Shown here piece after piece: positions 27,506 through 38,487 of a DNA stretch of 64,000 bases. Source of the DNA: an archaeon (GTDB taxonomy: Archaea > Methanobacteriota_B > Thermococci > Methanofastidiosales > NM3); NCBI GenBank assembly GCA_004212155.1, contig RXIG01000001.1, positions 32,001 to 96,000 on the forward strand, given 5' to 3'. Below the pieces are notes generated by a model. That model ran no database searches. It was not told the origin of the DNA and saw nothing but the letters and a program-made list of their open reading frames with translations. Each line of letters opens with the position of its first letter. The first letter of the stretch is position 1. Position numbers and translations under genes: made by a program.

Positions 27506-28912
27506 TTAACCCTTAACAACGCCGAGTGGACGCAGGCGTGCGACCTTCTTCCCGATGCCAAGCGCATCTGAGACGTCTGCGACGCTGTCGATGTCCTTGT
27601 AGGCCCCGGGCGCCTCCTCGGCCACGGTCTTCATGCTTGCCGCACGGATAGAGATGTTCTTCTTGGCAAGTTCGTCGCGTATGGTCTCGCCGCGATAGCT
27701 CTTTGTTGCCTTGGATCGCGAGAGAAGCCGTCCGGCACCATGCGCCGTCGAGCCGAACGTGAGCGCCGATCGTTCCGTGCCGCAGAGAACGTAGGATGCC
27801 GTGCCCATGCTTCCAGGCAGGATAACGGGCTGGCCTATGTCGCGGTAACATGATGGCAACTCCTTGCGACCCTTCCACAATGCTCGCGTCGCCCCTTTGC
27901 GGTGCACGTAGTAATGTTTCTTCCGGTGTTCCTCAAGCTTTGCGATGTTGTGGGCCACATCGTAGAGGATATCGAGCTCCTCGTCACCATAGGTGTCCTG
28001 GAACGATTCCCTGCACCAGTGCGTGATCATCTGACGATTCGCCCAAGCGAAGTTTGCGGCGCACCCCATGGCCTGGATGTATGACTGCCCTTCCGTTGAC
28101 TGCACAGGGGCGCATGTGAGCTCCCTGTCGGGGATGGCGATGTGATACTTCTTCGTCGCCTTGTCCATCACCCGCAGGTAGTCGGAACAGATCTGGTGTC
28201 CGCATCCTCTTGAACCCGTGTGTACCATGATGGCGGCCTGCCCTTCATGGATGCCAAACGAGCGTGCGATACGCTCGTCATATACCTCCTCGACGTACTG
28301 GAGCTCAAGGAAATGGTTGCCAGAACCGAGGCTGCCAAGTTGTGTCGAGCCGCGTTTCTTCGCTGTTGTGCTCACAAGCGATGCATCAGCGGGCATGCGT
28401 CCCCCCTCCTCAAGGTGTTTGAGGTCGTTTTTTTCGCCATAATCGTTCTCACATGCCCATTCGGCGCCACGTTCGAGCATGGCATCCATCTCGCTTGACG
28501 AGAGACGAGCCATCTTGCCCTTTGAACCGAGACCCGAGGGAATGTTCTTGTAGAGGGCATCAAGCAGTACGTCGCGCCTTTCGATGATCTCGTCCCTCAC
28601 AAGCGATGAGAGCAAAAGGCGCACCCCGCAGTTGATGTCATACCCCACGCCGCCGGGAGATATGATGCCGTCGGTGGCGCTAAACGCTGCCACACCGCCG
28701 ATGGGAAATCCGTACCCCTGGTGGCCGTCAGGCATGACGAAGCTCGCATCGGCGATGCCTGGAAGCTTCGCTACGTTTACCGCCTGTTCGAGAGTCTTGT
28801 CCTGCTTCATCGATTCCAAGAGCGACTCGTTCGAACATATGCGCACAGGGACCTGCATGCCCGCTTCCTGGGATATCTCCCATAGGTAATCATCTATCTT
28901 TCGTATCTTCAT
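27506..28912 (-). CDS. rtcB: RNA-splicing ligase RtcB (no intein)
   Basis: PDGHQGYGFPIGG, GYDINCG, GSGNHF, HTGSRG, HRKGAT, HGAGR, EEAPGAYK. Confidence 0.96.
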   Translation of the reverse strand: MKIRKIDDYLWEISQEAGMQVPVRICSNESLLESMKQDKTLEQAVNVAKLPGIADASFVMPDGHQGYGFPIGGVAAFSATDGIISPGGVGYDINCGVRLLLSSLVRDEIIERRDVLLDALYKNIPSGLGSKGKMARLSSSEMDAMLERGAEWACENDYGEKNDLKHLEEGGRMPADASLVSTTAKKRGSTQLGSLGSGNHFLELQYVEEVYDERIARSFGIHEGQAAIMVHTGSRGCGHQICSDYLRVMDKATKKYHIAIPDRELTCAPVQSTEGQSYIQAMGCAANFAWANRQMITHWCRESFQDTYGDEELDILYDVAHNIAKLEEHRKKHYYVHRKGATRALWKGRKELPSCYRDIGQPVILPGSMGTASYVLCGTERSALTFGSTAHGAGRLLSRSKATKSYRGETIRDELAKKNISIRAASMKTVAEEAPGAYKDIDSVADVSDALGIGKKVARLRPLGVVKG

Positions 28913-29441
28913 ATGATCCAATCTCGCTCAAGCATAGCTGTGCCTGGCGCTGGAATGTGGCTATGCCGTTATCGTTGATCATCATGACGTCTGCGAGGGC
29001 GATCGCGTCACCGATGCCGAATCCCAGTTCCCGCCGATCCCGCTTTTCGAACTCTTCACGTGTCGACGGGTCGTCTTCCCGCCCTCGCGTGCGAAGTCTT
29101 TCGAATCGCGATGCGGGAGAGGAATGAATCGCGATGACGATACTGTCAAAATGCTGTTTAAACGTATCGACCTCGCTTATGCCTCGTATGCCGTCTATTA
29201 TATATCGTCGCCCCTTTTTTATCTTTGGGATTGTAAGATGTGCAATGGCATCGATACCGCTCTCCTTGCGGAGCTCCTGGGCGACTTCCCCAGACTTGGT
29301 GATGGGAAGCCCCCGTGCACGCGTTTGTTCGCGTATGATGTCGCCCATCGAGATCGATGCGTATCCGAAGCGCAATGCCTCCTCGATGAACGTGCTCTTG
29401 CCACACCCCGGCATGCCGACGACGAGGATGATCGGCGTCAT
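28890..29441 (-). CDS. P-loop kinase, COG0237/UPF0200 (dephospho-CoA kinase-like)
   Basis: VGMPGCGKS, SMGDIIRE, IDGIR, RGREDD, RDRRELGFG. Confidence 0.85.
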   Translation of the reverse strand: MTPIILVVGMPGCGKSTFIEEALRFGYASISMGDIIREQTRARGLPITKSGEVAQELRKESGIDAIAHLTIPKIKKGRRYIIDGIRGISEVDTFKQHFDSIVIAIHSSPASRFERLRTRGREDDPSTREEFEKRDRRELGFGIGDAIALADVMMINDNGIATFQRQAQLCLSEIGSYEDTKDR

Positions 29442-30145
29442 CGTGTCCCCTCTGTGTAGTCCCTTATCGTTGAGCATATGCGATCGGCGATGAGCCCATA
29501 GAGGGCACTACCCTTCTCTGCCGTCGCCCGTCGCGCATCCCCCGTCATGGCACCGGGCACGATGGCCCTGCGCGCTATGTGGGATATCTCGGCATACTCT
29601 GGCCACTCGGGACCCGCACCCGCCTTTTGCATCTCTACGATGTCGGCATCATGTGCGAGCACAAGCGACGTCTCATCCTCGCCCCCGTGTCCAGTGCCTG
29701 GCGTGACATGTTTGATATCTGATGCATACTCATCCCACCAGCTTATTACGCGCGTGCGCACACCCTCGTATGAGGCCGTCTCCCCCACCTCGTTGAGCGC
29801 CGCCGTGTTGCCGCCATGGCCGTTAAGAAAGATGATCGTCGTGATGCCGTTTCGCACGAGCTCACGTGCGATCGCGCACATATACTCCCTGAACGCGGGA
29901 AGGGGTATGTTGACACTTCCCGGCCACTCCTCGAGATAGTACGTGTGCCCGTATGCGACATGAGGGCATACGAGGAGCGAGTCGTGCATCCTCTCCTCGA
30001 TCATCGCGACGAGGCGGGCGGGGATGATGTTGTCGGTCCCTAGGGGAAGGTGTCGTCCGTGGGCCTCGATGGTGCCAACGGGTACGAGCGCCACTTTCAA
30101 CGCACGATCCCTGAAAAGATCGGTGGTCATATGTTCGAGATACAT
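29438..30145 (-). CDS. Creatininase family amidohydrolase
   Basis: PVGTIEAHGRHLPLGTD, NGHGGN, HGGEDETS. Confidence 0.9.
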   Translation of the reverse strand: MYLEHMTTDLFRDRALKVALVPVGTIEAHGRHLPLGTDNIIPARLVAMIEERMHDSLLVCPHVAYGHTYYLEEWPGSVNIPLPAFREYMCAIARELVRNGITTIIFLNGHGGNTAALNEVGETASYEGVRTRVISWWDEYASDIKHVTPGTGHGGEDETSLVLAHDADIVEMQKAGAGPEWPEYAEISHIARRAIVPGAMTGDARRATAEKGSALYGLIADRICSTIRDYTEGTR

Positions 30146-30198
30146 GACCTATCATCGTAGCAGACGTTATAATAATCTTATGATGTGGCGCTGGTCCC

Positions 30199-31854
30199 TC
30201 ACATGCTGACGGTGTTGTCAGTTTTTCGTATTCCGGAGATGTAGAGCGTGTAGAGGAAGGCGAATCCAAAGAGCATGAGCACCTCGTAGTCGACAAGGCC
30301 CGTCTCGATGCCAAGGATGAGGTAGGCAAGCGTGAGGGCATAAAGTGTGGTAGCATAGCAGCGCCTCCGTCCGGTCGTGGTGCGGGTATGGACGTGCATC
30401 CGGCTCATGAAGAATCCAACGATGCCCAGAGCGACGATGCTCCCGACGAATCCGAAGTCGACGGCTATCGGACCGAGCAGTGTCGATGTCATCGAGATGC
30501 CCCCCGCGCCGGCAAAGACGGCGATGTAGCGTCGCGGTGAGTAGGCGATCCCCGGCATGAGCGTGGCAAACTCCCGGATCGTTGCCATGTGCACCTGCCC
30601 TTTGGTGAATCCGAGATAGCCGCCAAGATGGGCCATCATGTCGTATATGTCAAGGGTAAGCCCTGCGCGCACTGTGAGCGATTCGATGAATCCCACATGC
30701 GCTCCGGTGGTGTATGTCCTAAGCACCGTCATGACGAGGAACACGCCGGCGATGGCGCCTGCCGCGAGGCCGACCTCCGTGATCGTTATGAGGTCCCACA
30801 TCAGTGCTACGAGCACTGCTGCAAGCAACGTGAGCAGCACCTGCGTACGGTAGCCGAGCAATGCCATGAGCACTGCAGATACGGCGATGGCCACCATGGC
30901 AAGCAACCGTGCCTTCCGGTACGATGCACCCTCTTGCGTTCTGAGGCCGAGCAGGGAGATGAGCAGCACCGTACCGATTGGCAGCATATGCGAGCGCATC
31001 GTGTACGTGGGGTCAAGCCCTTCCCTGTCGGTAAGGAGGGGTATCTTTCCCACGAGCGCTATGGAAAGCACCCAGTAAAGCGCGCCAAAGGCCATGAGGA
31101 GCACTGCGATGGTCGTTGCGTTGCGCTCGAGTATCAGGGCTATGCGCGGCGTGCGCAGTGTCATTGCCAAGCTTACCGTTCCGACGGCGAGGAAGGGAAG
31201 TCCCAGCGTCCACTGCGCCTGGCGGAAGAGCAAGGCTCCGGCCACGACCACGATTATAGAGACTGGCAGCCCCCATCGCGATGACGTGATGAACAAGAAA
31301 AGCGGTATGAGGCCGATGATGGCGGCATGCATGGATATGGGTGAAAGTGCGAACCCGGCGAGGGCGGCAACGAGGAGGGCACGACCCGTTCTTGTTCCGA
31401 TCGAGGGGAACCTCATGCGCCCTATAAGAACGCCAATGCCATATGCGAACAGCGATACGGTGATAGATAAGAAGGCGAACGTCGAGATGCCGTGGTCGCT
31501 CAGTCCTATGAAGGCGATGAATCCGACGATGAACATGAACGGGGATGTGAGGCGGCGAGCGTCCTCCTGGCGCAGACCCCGTACCGAGATGGTCGGGAGC
31601 CATGCAGGCGCCCTTTCGAGCATTGCATCGAAGATGCGTCCGCACAAGCGGCCCACACGGCTGTTGTATATCTCGTCGTTGACTGCGTCTAGAAGCCGGG
31701 CGAACAATGAGGCGAGAAGGCGCGCCGAGGTGGTAATGTCATACGGCGCTAGGATTGAGGCGTCCGCTGGGGTATGGGTTGTACCCCGTATCCGCGCAAT
31801 GCCTTTGCGCACAGCGTTGTAGGTCCATACCACCGCTTTATCGAGCATGATCAC
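30199..31854 (-). CDS. Polytopic membrane protein, oligosaccharide repeat-unit polymerase (Wzy)-like
   Basis: Many TM helices; LLGYRT, ISMTSTLLGPIAVDFG, LGIETG. Confidence 0.7.
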   Translation of the reverse strand: MIMLDKAVVWTYNAVRKGIARIRGTTHTPADASILAPYDITTSARLLASLFARLLDAVNDEIYNSRVGRLCGRIFDAMLERAPAWLPTISVRGLRQEDARRLTSPFMFIVGFIAFIGLSDHGISTFAFLSITVSLFAYGIGVLIGRMRFPSIGTRTGRALLVAALAGFALSPISMHAAIIGLIPLFLFITSSRWGLPVSIIVVVAGALLFRQAQWTLGLPFLAVGTVSLAMTLRTPRIALILERNATTIAVLLMAFGALYWVLSIALVGKIPLLTDREGLDPTYTMRSHMLPIGTVLLISLLGLRTQEGASYRKARLLAMVAIAVSAVLMALLGYRTQVLLTLLAAVLVALMWDLITITEVGLAAGAIAGVFLVMTVLRTYTTGAHVGFIESLTVRAGLTLDIYDMMAHLGGYLGFTKGQVHMATIREFATLMPGIAYSPRRYIAVFAGAGGISMTSTLLGPIAVDFGFVGSIVALGIVGFFMSRMHVHTRTTTGRRRCYATTLYALTLAYLILGIETGLVDYEVLMLFGFAFLYTLYISGIRKTDNTVSM

Positions 31855-32693
31855 AACCTGATATGTATGGCGTTCTCCTCGGCGTCGACGACATCTGAAA
31901 GGTGGTCCCTGACGTGTTCCTTGATCCAGTACTTGTCAAGCTCCCCTATCTCCGTTCCCGTGCGCACGAAGACGATGAGGTCGGAGGAGAAGACATTCCC
32001 TATGGCGATGTCCCTTTCTGCCAGGAACGTGTCGAGCGTGGCGAGCTCTGAGAGGCTTGCCTGCATGAATGATAAGGTCATGCCGTTGTCGTCGGTAAGC
32101 ACCGAGATGCCCTTCATATAGTAGAGCTCGTGCCTGAGCTCGGTCTCGAGCTGCTTTTCAAAAACTGCGGAAGGTGTGATGTCGCTGTCGAACGTGATGG
32201 AACCCGTGATGGCGATGTCGTCTATGGCGAACTCCTCAAGGAACGACGCCGTCTCGCCAACGGTCGTGTGCCATGCTTCAAACGATGCATATGTGGCAGC
32301 GTACATGCGGTAGTTGACCGTCGACTTGGTCCTGATGATGAGGCGGACCTCGTTTGCCCCGACCTGCTCCTTGTAGCTCATCCTCCCGCCGACGGTCACC
32401 ACCTGTCCGTCGGGCAGGAGCAGTGAGAACGATCCCTCGCCCGTGTCGACGACATACCCGGTCTCCTCGAACTTCAGGTAGTCTGCCCACCAGTAACCCT
32501 CGACATAGGTGTCGTAGAGGAATCCCTTCGAGTCGAGATAGTCCATGTAGCGCGTGGCCTTGTAGATCTGCGAGCCAGTGTAGGTATATTCGTCGACCTG
32601 GTCCTGAATCGGTTGGTCGTGGGTAAGAAAAGAATAGGCGGAAAGAAGAAGGATGATGACAACGAGCAGGTCGATGACGTTTATCCTTCTCAT
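31851..32693 (-). CDS. Membrane-anchored hypothetical protein
   Basis: RRINVIDLLVVIILLL anchor; GGAGG SD; overlaps both neighbours by 4 nt. Confidence 0.75.
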   Translation of the reverse strand: MRRINVIDLLVVIILLLSAYSFLTHDQPIQDQVDEYTYTGSQIYKATRYMDYLDSKGFLYDTYVEGYWWADYLKFEETGYVVDTGEGSFSLLLPDGQVVTVGGRMSYKEQVGANEVRLIIRTKSTVNYRMYAATYASFEAWHTTVGETASFLEEFAIDDIAITGSITFDSDITPSAVFEKQLETELRHELYYMKGISVLTDDNGMTLSFMQASLSELATLDTFLAERDIAIGNVFSSDLIVFVRTGTEIGELDKYWIKEHVRDHLSDVVDAEENAIHIRL

Positions 32694-33550
32694 GCGTTCC
32701 CTCCGCTGCTGCCCCCTCCTGAAGGCGTGATGAAGTTCGCAACTGCGCGACAGAGATTAGGGATGTTCTGGTAGTTTGGTATCTCGATGATGATGAGCCC
32801 GTCATAGGGGATGATGACGCGCGGTTTGTCCGCGCCGCCTGGCTCCGTCATGAGGTATATCACCGGATTGGTCGGAGTCGCTATCTCCCCTTTGTACATC
32901 TTGATGAAGTGCTCGTCCTCTATCTCGCCGACCTTCATGTGGTCTATATCGATCTCGTTGTTGGTAAGGCGCATCGCGACAGCCTTGGAGATCTCGGACA
33001 TGCCGTAGGCGAGTTGCTGGTTCTCTACCCCTTCATTCTCCCATGCGTCGAAGAGCAGGTAGATGTCGTTGATGTATTTGTACCCCGCTGTCTCGGGGAT
33101 GGCCGTGAACGGCCCCGTGTCGATATAGCTGAAGAGGTTGAAAAAGAGCACTATCTCTTCGGGGGACGACGAGACGTTCTCTCCCTCGAACTGTGCGTAC
33201 CATTGCATGGCACCGTTTTCTTCCTCTTGATAGAACGTCAGCTCATAGAGCTTGTCGTCACTTCCTCGAATCTCGTACATGTTCTCTCCAAGCTGGCTTA
33301 CCACCTCGAAGTTGTAGACTCGAGACTCGGTCATGTATGCAATGTACCAGTGCTCGAGCGACTGGTCGGGACCGGGCTTTAGTGCATTCTCGCGGGCAAA
33401 CTCGGCAGTGATCTCCTCATCTTGGGAATAAAAGATTGAGAGCGATGCTATCACTATAACAAGGGCAGCGATGATACCTATGAGCTTGATATTTCTTTGA
33501 AAGAATGAGCGTTGACCATCATTGGGGACGGAAGGACTGTCAGAATCCAT
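32690..33550 (-). CDS. Membrane-anchored acidic hypothetical protein
   Basis: Single TM near N-terminus; AGGTGA SD before ATG 33550. Confidence 0.75.
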   Translation of the reverse strand: MDSDSPSVPNDGQRSFFQRNIKLIGIIAALVIVIASLSIFYSQDEEITAEFARENALKPGPDQSLEHWYIAYMTESRVYNFEVVSQLGENMYEIRGSDDKLYELTFYQEEENGAMQWYAQFEGENVSSSPEEIVLFFNLFSYIDTGPFTAIPETAGYKYINDIYLLFDAWENEGVENQQLAYGMSEISKAVAMRLTNNEIDIDHMKVGEIEDEHFIKMYKGEIATPTNPVIYLMTEPGGADKPRVIIPYDGLIIIEIPNYQNIPNLCRAVANFITPSGGGSSGGNA

Positions 33551-33828
33551 GGTGTCACCTTCGTTACATCTTTTCCATTTCTTTTTAAACATTTCGTCAT
33601 TCGTTGGTTTTTTGCACCCAGCATCGTCCTTTGCCCTTCAAAGGAGTCCTTGTGCCGTGAGACCTATATTTTTGCTGTCACATCGGCGATGCTTCTCAAC
33701 GTAGTGTCTCGGTGCTATAAAAAAGTGACCCTTTTTGAACAAAAACCTGTCGTCATTCGTTGATAGCATCTTCTGCAAAAAGGCATTTTTTCAGGTCTCG
33801 GGTCATCGGAGCCCATGGGCATGTGCCA

Positions 33829-35736
33829 TCAGACTACGAGCCCCACAAGGCGCACTATGAGACCGACGACGATGGCGACGATGAATCCTATTGCGATGGC
33901 AAACACCGTATCGCGCCTGCCAAGCTCGCGTACCATGACGCCGATGGCAGCGATACATGGAACGTAGAAGATGATAAACATCGTAAACGTCATTATCTGG
34001 GTCTTCGAAAGGACCGATATCACGTTTTCCGTGCCGAGCGCCTGGAAGAGCATGATCATGGCAAGTTCCTTGCGAAGGATGCCGAAGATGAGCGTCGTAC
34101 CGACCGCAATGGGCAGCCCGAGGAGCAGGGTGATCGGGGAGAACGCCATGTTGATGTATGTGACGATGTCGTAATGTTCGAGCAGCGAGAGTGCAACGGA
34201 GCCCACGATGATGATGGTCCATGCCACGACGATGAACTCCTTGACCCGGAACCATGTCTTGAAGAGGACGACCTTTGCCGATGGGAGGTGGTACTTTGGT
34301 ATCTCAAGCATCATGCCCGGCGCCCTCTCAGGCATCAGCCGTGAGAGGATGTACCCCACTATGGCGAGCACGGCTATGTTGATGATGAAGACGAACAGTG
34401 CCCAGTTCGCGCCGAGGTAGAAGCCCACGAGGGCGAGGATCACCGTTATTCTGGCAGCGCACGGCACCATGGCTGTCAGGGTGATGACGATGAAGCGGTC
34501 GCGATGGGACTCGAGGATGCGCGCCCCCATGATGGCGGGCACACTGCAGCCGTATCCCAAAATGAGCGGGAGTATCGACTTGCCATGGAGGCCTATCTTG
34601 TGGAGGAACGTGTCGACGAGAAACGCGATGCGCGGAAGATAGCCGACGTCCTCGAGCAGCGAGAGCCCGATGAGGAACGGGACGAGGTAAGGGAGCACGA
34701 TGCCGATGCCGCCGGCGATACCGTCGACGACGCCCGATAGGAGCGTTGTGGCAAGCCCTTCGGGCACCAGCCCAACGATGTGTGGCTTGATGCCTGTGGA
34801 GAAGAAGGAAAGCAACGGTTCCTCTATCATCGTGCCCACCGAGAAGACGAGATTGAAAAATCCTAGCAGGATGGCGCCAAGGGCGATGTAGCCTACGACG
34901 GGATGCATGAGCAAGTCGTCGATCTTCTGTGACGTCGTTCGCTCGCTCTTGCTCACTTTTGCGACACGTTCGAAGAGATTGAGCGCCATCGCGTGCCGTT
35001 CTGACGATATGACGATATCGGAGGGCTGGCCGTGGTCGCGTTCAAGCGAGTCCCTCAGCCCCGCTATCTCACTTCTGATACGATCGTCGTCTATCAGTGT
35101 GTCATAATACTCGTCCTGCTCGAGGAGCTTGATGGCAAACAGGCGTTCCGGCAGGTTGTGCTGCCGCGCATAGTGCTGTATTGAGGGTATCAGTGCCGAT
35201 ATTTTGTCCTCGACATGTTTCGAGTAGGCGAGCTGGGGCGGCGGCTGTTTGCGACGCCCTTCCTCGACCGCGGTCCTGAGCACCTCGTTGATGCCGACGC
35301 CCTTGTTGGCGATCGACTCGACCACCGGAACACCAAGTTCACGCGAGAGCGCGTCGTTGTCTATGACAATCCTCTTCTTGCGAGCCTCGTCGATCATGTT
35401 GAGGGATACTATATGGGGCACCTGCAGCTCGTTGAGCTGGATGGTGAGCTCGAGGCTTCGGGCAAGCAGCGATGCGTCGATGACGTTGACGGTGACGTCC
35501 GACTCGCGTCTCAGGAGGTATTTTCGCGTCTCAAGCTCGGCAGGGTCAAGCGATGTGAGCGAATACGTCCCCGGAAGGTCGACTATGGTGTGGACCTCTC
35601 CGTTTATCGTGATCTTGCTCTCTGTATACTCCACCGTCTTGCCCGGAAAGTTGGCAGTGATGGTCTTGTATCCTGCCACATGATTGAATATCGTGCTCTT
35701 GCCGCTGTTTGGCTGTCCTGCCATCGCTATTATCAT
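33829..35736 (-). CDS. feoB: Ferrous iron transporter B
   Basis: GQPNSGKS, NFPGKTVE, DLPGTYSL, NMID, LEDVGYLPR, GYGCSVPA, YVPC. Confidence 0.96.
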   Translation of the reverse strand: MIIAMAGQPNSGKSTIFNHVAGYKTITANFPGKTVEYTESKITINGEVHTIVDLPGTYSLTSLDPAELETRKYLLRRESDVTVNVIDASLLARSLELTIQLNELQVPHIVSLNMIDEARKKRIVIDNDALSRELGVPVVESIANKGVGINEVLRTAVEEGRRKQPPPQLAYSKHVEDKISALIPSIQHYARQHNLPERLFAIKLLEQDEYYDTLIDDDRIRSEIAGLRDSLERDHGQPSDIVISSERHAMALNLFERVAKVSKSERTTSQKIDDLLMHPVVGYIALGAILLGFFNLVFSVGTMIEEPLLSFFSTGIKPHIVGLVPEGLATTLLSGVVDGIAGGIGIVLPYLVPFLIGLSLLEDVGYLPRIAFLVDTFLHKIGLHGKSILPLILGYGCSVPAIMGARILESHRDRFIVITLTAMVPCAARITVILALVGFYLGANWALFVFIINIAVLAIVGYILSRLMPERAPGMMLEIPKYHLPSAKVVLFKTWFRVKEFIVVAWTIIIVGSVALSLLEHYDIVTYINMAFSPITLLLGLPIAVGTTLIFGILRKELAMIMLFQALGTENVISVLSKTQIMTFTMFIIFYVPCIAAIGVMVRELGRRDTVFAIAIGFIVAIVVGLIVRLVGLVV

Positions 35737-35861
35737 GTTACGCCCTCGTCTCGTGCTTTGACATATGAGTTTATTATACTATATTTTATTATTAATAACA
35801 GTTCCTTGATGGACTATGCGGTGTCACGCGCTTGTGCGATGCCACGAACACATCCACTTTT

Positions 35862-35877
35862 TTTAGGTAACCCTAAA
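35862..35877. promoter_or_regulatory. DtxR-family-type operator TTTAGG-N4-CCTAAA upstream of feoB
   Basis: Perfect 6-bp arms, just downstream of a minus-strand BRE/TATA (GAAAAGTTTTTAAA, about 35891-35904). Confidence 0.7.
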
Positions 35878-35944
35878 TGTTAGTGTTTCATTTAAAAACT
35901 TTTCTTTTCAAAGGGCTTTTCAAAGAATTGGGCGGCCAAACGCG

Positions 35945-36169
35945 CTATTCGATGATGATCTTCTTTGCCAGGCCTCTTCCGATGGCGATGTGATGCTCGC
36001 CCACCCTGAGCATGAGGGGGCCTCCGAAGATGCCGGACTTCTCTATGCGTACCCGCTCCCCAGGATGGAGCCCAAGCTCGCATAGACGCTGACGAATGCC
36101 CACGCCACCCTCGATCGAGCGTATCGTTACCTCTACATCCGTGGATATGTCTGAGAGTCGTTTGGTCAC
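35945..36169 (-). CDS. feoA: Ferrous iron transport protein A (GTG start, probably leaderless)
   Basis: RQRLCELGLHPGERV, GGPLMLRVG..IAIGRGLAKKI. Confidence 0.92.
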   Translation of the reverse strand: MTKRLSDISTDVEVTIRSIEGGVGIRQRLCELGLHPGERVRIEKSGIFGGPLMLRVGEHHIAIGRGLAKKIIIE

Positions 36170-36170
36170 A

Positions 36171-36190
36171 AAATTAGGTTATCCTAATTT
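36171..36190. promoter_or_regulatory. DtxR-family-type operator AAATTAGG-N4-CCTAATTT in the feoA/atwA divergent promoter
   Basis: Perfect 8-bp arms, between the feoA TATA (36191-36200) and the feoA start; same core as the 35862 box. Confidence 0.75.
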
Positions 36191-36262
36191 GTTTAAAAAG
36201 GTTTGGGAATAGTTTTATAAGTTACAATATCTGAGAAACGAAAAAACGAGGGGGAAAAACTC

Positions 36263-37870
36263 GTGCAGCATAGTCTTCTTTCAGTAAGAGGCGTTACAAA
36301 GTCATTCAATGGCAACACAGTACTCGAAGATGTCAGTTTCGAACTCGAACCAGGGCAGGTCATGGGCATCATAGGTAAGAGTGGGGACGGAAAGTCGGTC
36401 CTCATACACGCACTTCGCGGAACAGATGAATATCGTCCTGACGCCGGCACGATCATCTATAATTTTGGGCATTGCACAAAGTGCGGTACCCACGTCATGC
36501 CGGACAAAATCGGCACCGCATGCGAATGCGGAGGTGAGTTTGAGCTCACGTCATACGACCTGTGGGCGCTCGGACCACAGGAGAGGAAAAAGGTAAAGGC
36601 CCTGATATCCATCATGCTTCAGAGGACGTTTGCACTCTTTGGTGAGCTTAGCGTCTATGAGAACATACTTAGAGTGCTCGAGGAGCACTACTATCCCGAG
36701 CAAAAACGCATCAAGCGCGTTAGCGAGTTGCTCGATATGGTGCGCATGGGGCACAGGATGCTCCACATCGCAAAGGACCTGTCGGGCGGTGAGAAGCAGC
36801 GCATCGTTCTTGCACGCCAGCTTGCGATGGAACCCCTCATCCTCCTCGCTGACGAACCGACGGGCACGCTCGATCCCCGTACGGCGGCAGTCGTGCTCAA
36901 CGTACTCAAGGACGTTACCGAGAAAACGGGCATGCCCATTATCATAACATCCCACAATCCGTCCGTCATCGAGGAAATATCAGACGTCGTGCTTTGGCTC
37001 GAGGACGGCAGGGAGAAAGACATGGGCGCCCCTTCCAAACTTGTTTCAGAGTTCCTCAAGGACATGCCCAGCGTGGAGGAGGACGAGTACGAGGGCAAAA
37101 ACGACACCAAGATCATCGCCAAGAACGTCAAGAAATACTTCTACTCCATCATGAGGGGATTGGTAAAGGCCGTCGACGACGTGTCGCTTGAAGTGTATGA
37201 GAACGAGATCTACGGCTTGCTCGGCACAAGCGGAGCCGGCAAGACGACGCTCTCGCGGCTCATCGGCGGGGTCACGGAGCCGACCGAGGGAGAGATCAAC
37301 GTGCGCATAGGCGATGAGTGGATAGACATGACAATACCAGGGTTCCTCGACCGCGGCCGCGCAAAGCGTCACATCGGCTTCCTTCACCAGGAATATTCGC
37401 TCTATCCTTCCCGTTCTGTCTTCGAGAACCTCACCGACTCGATCGGCATCACGCTCCCGAAGGAACTGGCGCGCATCAAGGCCATGCAGGTGCTCACCTC
37501 CATAGGCTTTGAGGACGAAAAGGCAAAGCGCATCCTCGACAAGTACCCCGGCGAGCTCTCTGTGGGGGAACGCCACCGTATCGCGCTCTGCCAGGTGCTC
37601 ATACGCGAACCAAGCGTTGTCATCCTCGACGAGCCGTCGGGCACGATGGACCCCATCACACGAAACAAGGTGGCGCTCGCCATCAAGAGCGCACGTAAGA
37701 ATCTAGAGGAGACGTTTGTCATCGTTACCCATAATATGGAGTTCGCGCTCGAGGTCTGTGACCGCGTCTCGTCTATGGAGGACGGCAAGATCACAAGCAC
37801 CGGCTCGCCCGAGGAGATCACCGAGGCGATCCGGCGAAACGCCAACGATGATAAAAAGGTGCTCGCCTGA
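36263..37870 (+). CDS. atwA: Methyl-coenzyme M reductase system component A2 (dual-ABC ATPase with zinc insert)
   Basis: [16 protein letters not shown] insert, [57 protein letters not shown]. Confidence 0.93.
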   Translation: MQHSLLSVRGVTKSFNGNTVLEDVSFELEPGQVMGIIGKSGDGKSVLIHALRGTDEYRPDAGTIIYNFGHCTKCGTHVMPDKIGTACECGGEFELTSYDLWALGPQERKKVKALISIMLQRTFALFGELSVYENILRVLEEHYYPEQKRIKRVSELLDMVRMGHRMLHIAKDLSGGEKQRIVLARQLAMEPLILLADEPTGTLDPRTAAVVLNVLKDVTEKTGMPIIITSHNPSVIEEISDVVLWLEDGREKDMGAPSKLVSEFLKDMPSVEEDEYEGKNDTKIIAKNVKKYFYSIMRGLVKAVDDVSLEVYENEIYGLLGTSGAGKTTLSRLIGGVTEPTEGEINVRIGDEWIDMTIPGFLDRGRAKRHIGFLHQEYSLYPSRSVFENLTDSIGITLPKELARIKAMQVLTSIGFEDEKAKRILDKYPGELSVGERHRIALCQVLIREPSVVILDEPSGTMDPITRNKVALAIKSARKNLEETFVIVTHNMEFALEVCDRVSSMEDGKITSTGSPEEITEAIRRNANDDKKVLA

Positions 37871-38487
37871 TGGAACGCAAGACGCATGTAGTGAACTGCC
37901 GCGCTGCCATGGGCATGGGCCTTGGTGGCGGGATGGCACAACGGGGCACGATCGCCATGTGCGGCGGCGATGTCGTCGCCGTTGCCATGTCTCCGGGCCG
38001 CAGGCACATCACCAAGCCCGTCTGCGAGATCACGTATGCGCTCCGAGAGGAGGAGATCGACACATCCGTTCTCGTTCTCAACGCCGGCACGGGCGTGCCA
38101 GGCGACTGCCCGTTCGGCAAGATGGGCGCGCGATTTGGCCTTGAGGACGAGGAGATCGAGAAGATGCGCTTCTTCAAGCTCGCACTTATCCACCACGGCA
38201 ATGTGAAAAATCACCTCATTTACAAGGCGCGATTCATACTTTCGCGCGTCAACATCCCTGCCATCGTGGTGTGCCAGGTCCCTGTCGACTTCGAGGACTT
38301 CGCACGCGTCGGCGTCAAGACGCGCGTGGTGCGTCCCGCAGAGGAAGCGACGAAGGGGGAGCTCCTGGACATCGTGACCGGCGTGACGCGCGGCGTGTCT
38401 GTCGACCAGTCCAAGCTTGATGAAATAGTTTTTAAGGTCAGGGGAGCATTGCAAACGATAGAGAACAATGAACGCGATCGTCTTTGA
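37870..38487 (+). CDS. mcrC: Methyl-coenzyme M reductase protein C
   Basis: [73 protein letters not shown]. Confidence 0.93.
   Translation: MERKTHVVNCRAAMGMGLGGGMAQRGTIAMCGGDVVAVAMSPGRRHITKPVCEITYALREEEIDTSVLVLNAGTGVPGDCPFGKMGARFGLEDEEIEKMRFFKLALIHHGNVKNHLIYKARFILSRVNIPAIVVCQVPVDFEDFARVGVKTRVVRPAEEATKGELLDIVTGVTRGVSVDQSKLDEIVFKVRGALQTIENNERDRL

Noticed and set aside
26100-28912. Possible inteins in RfcS and RtcB, common intein hosts
   Set aside because: Both are normal length with contiguous motifs
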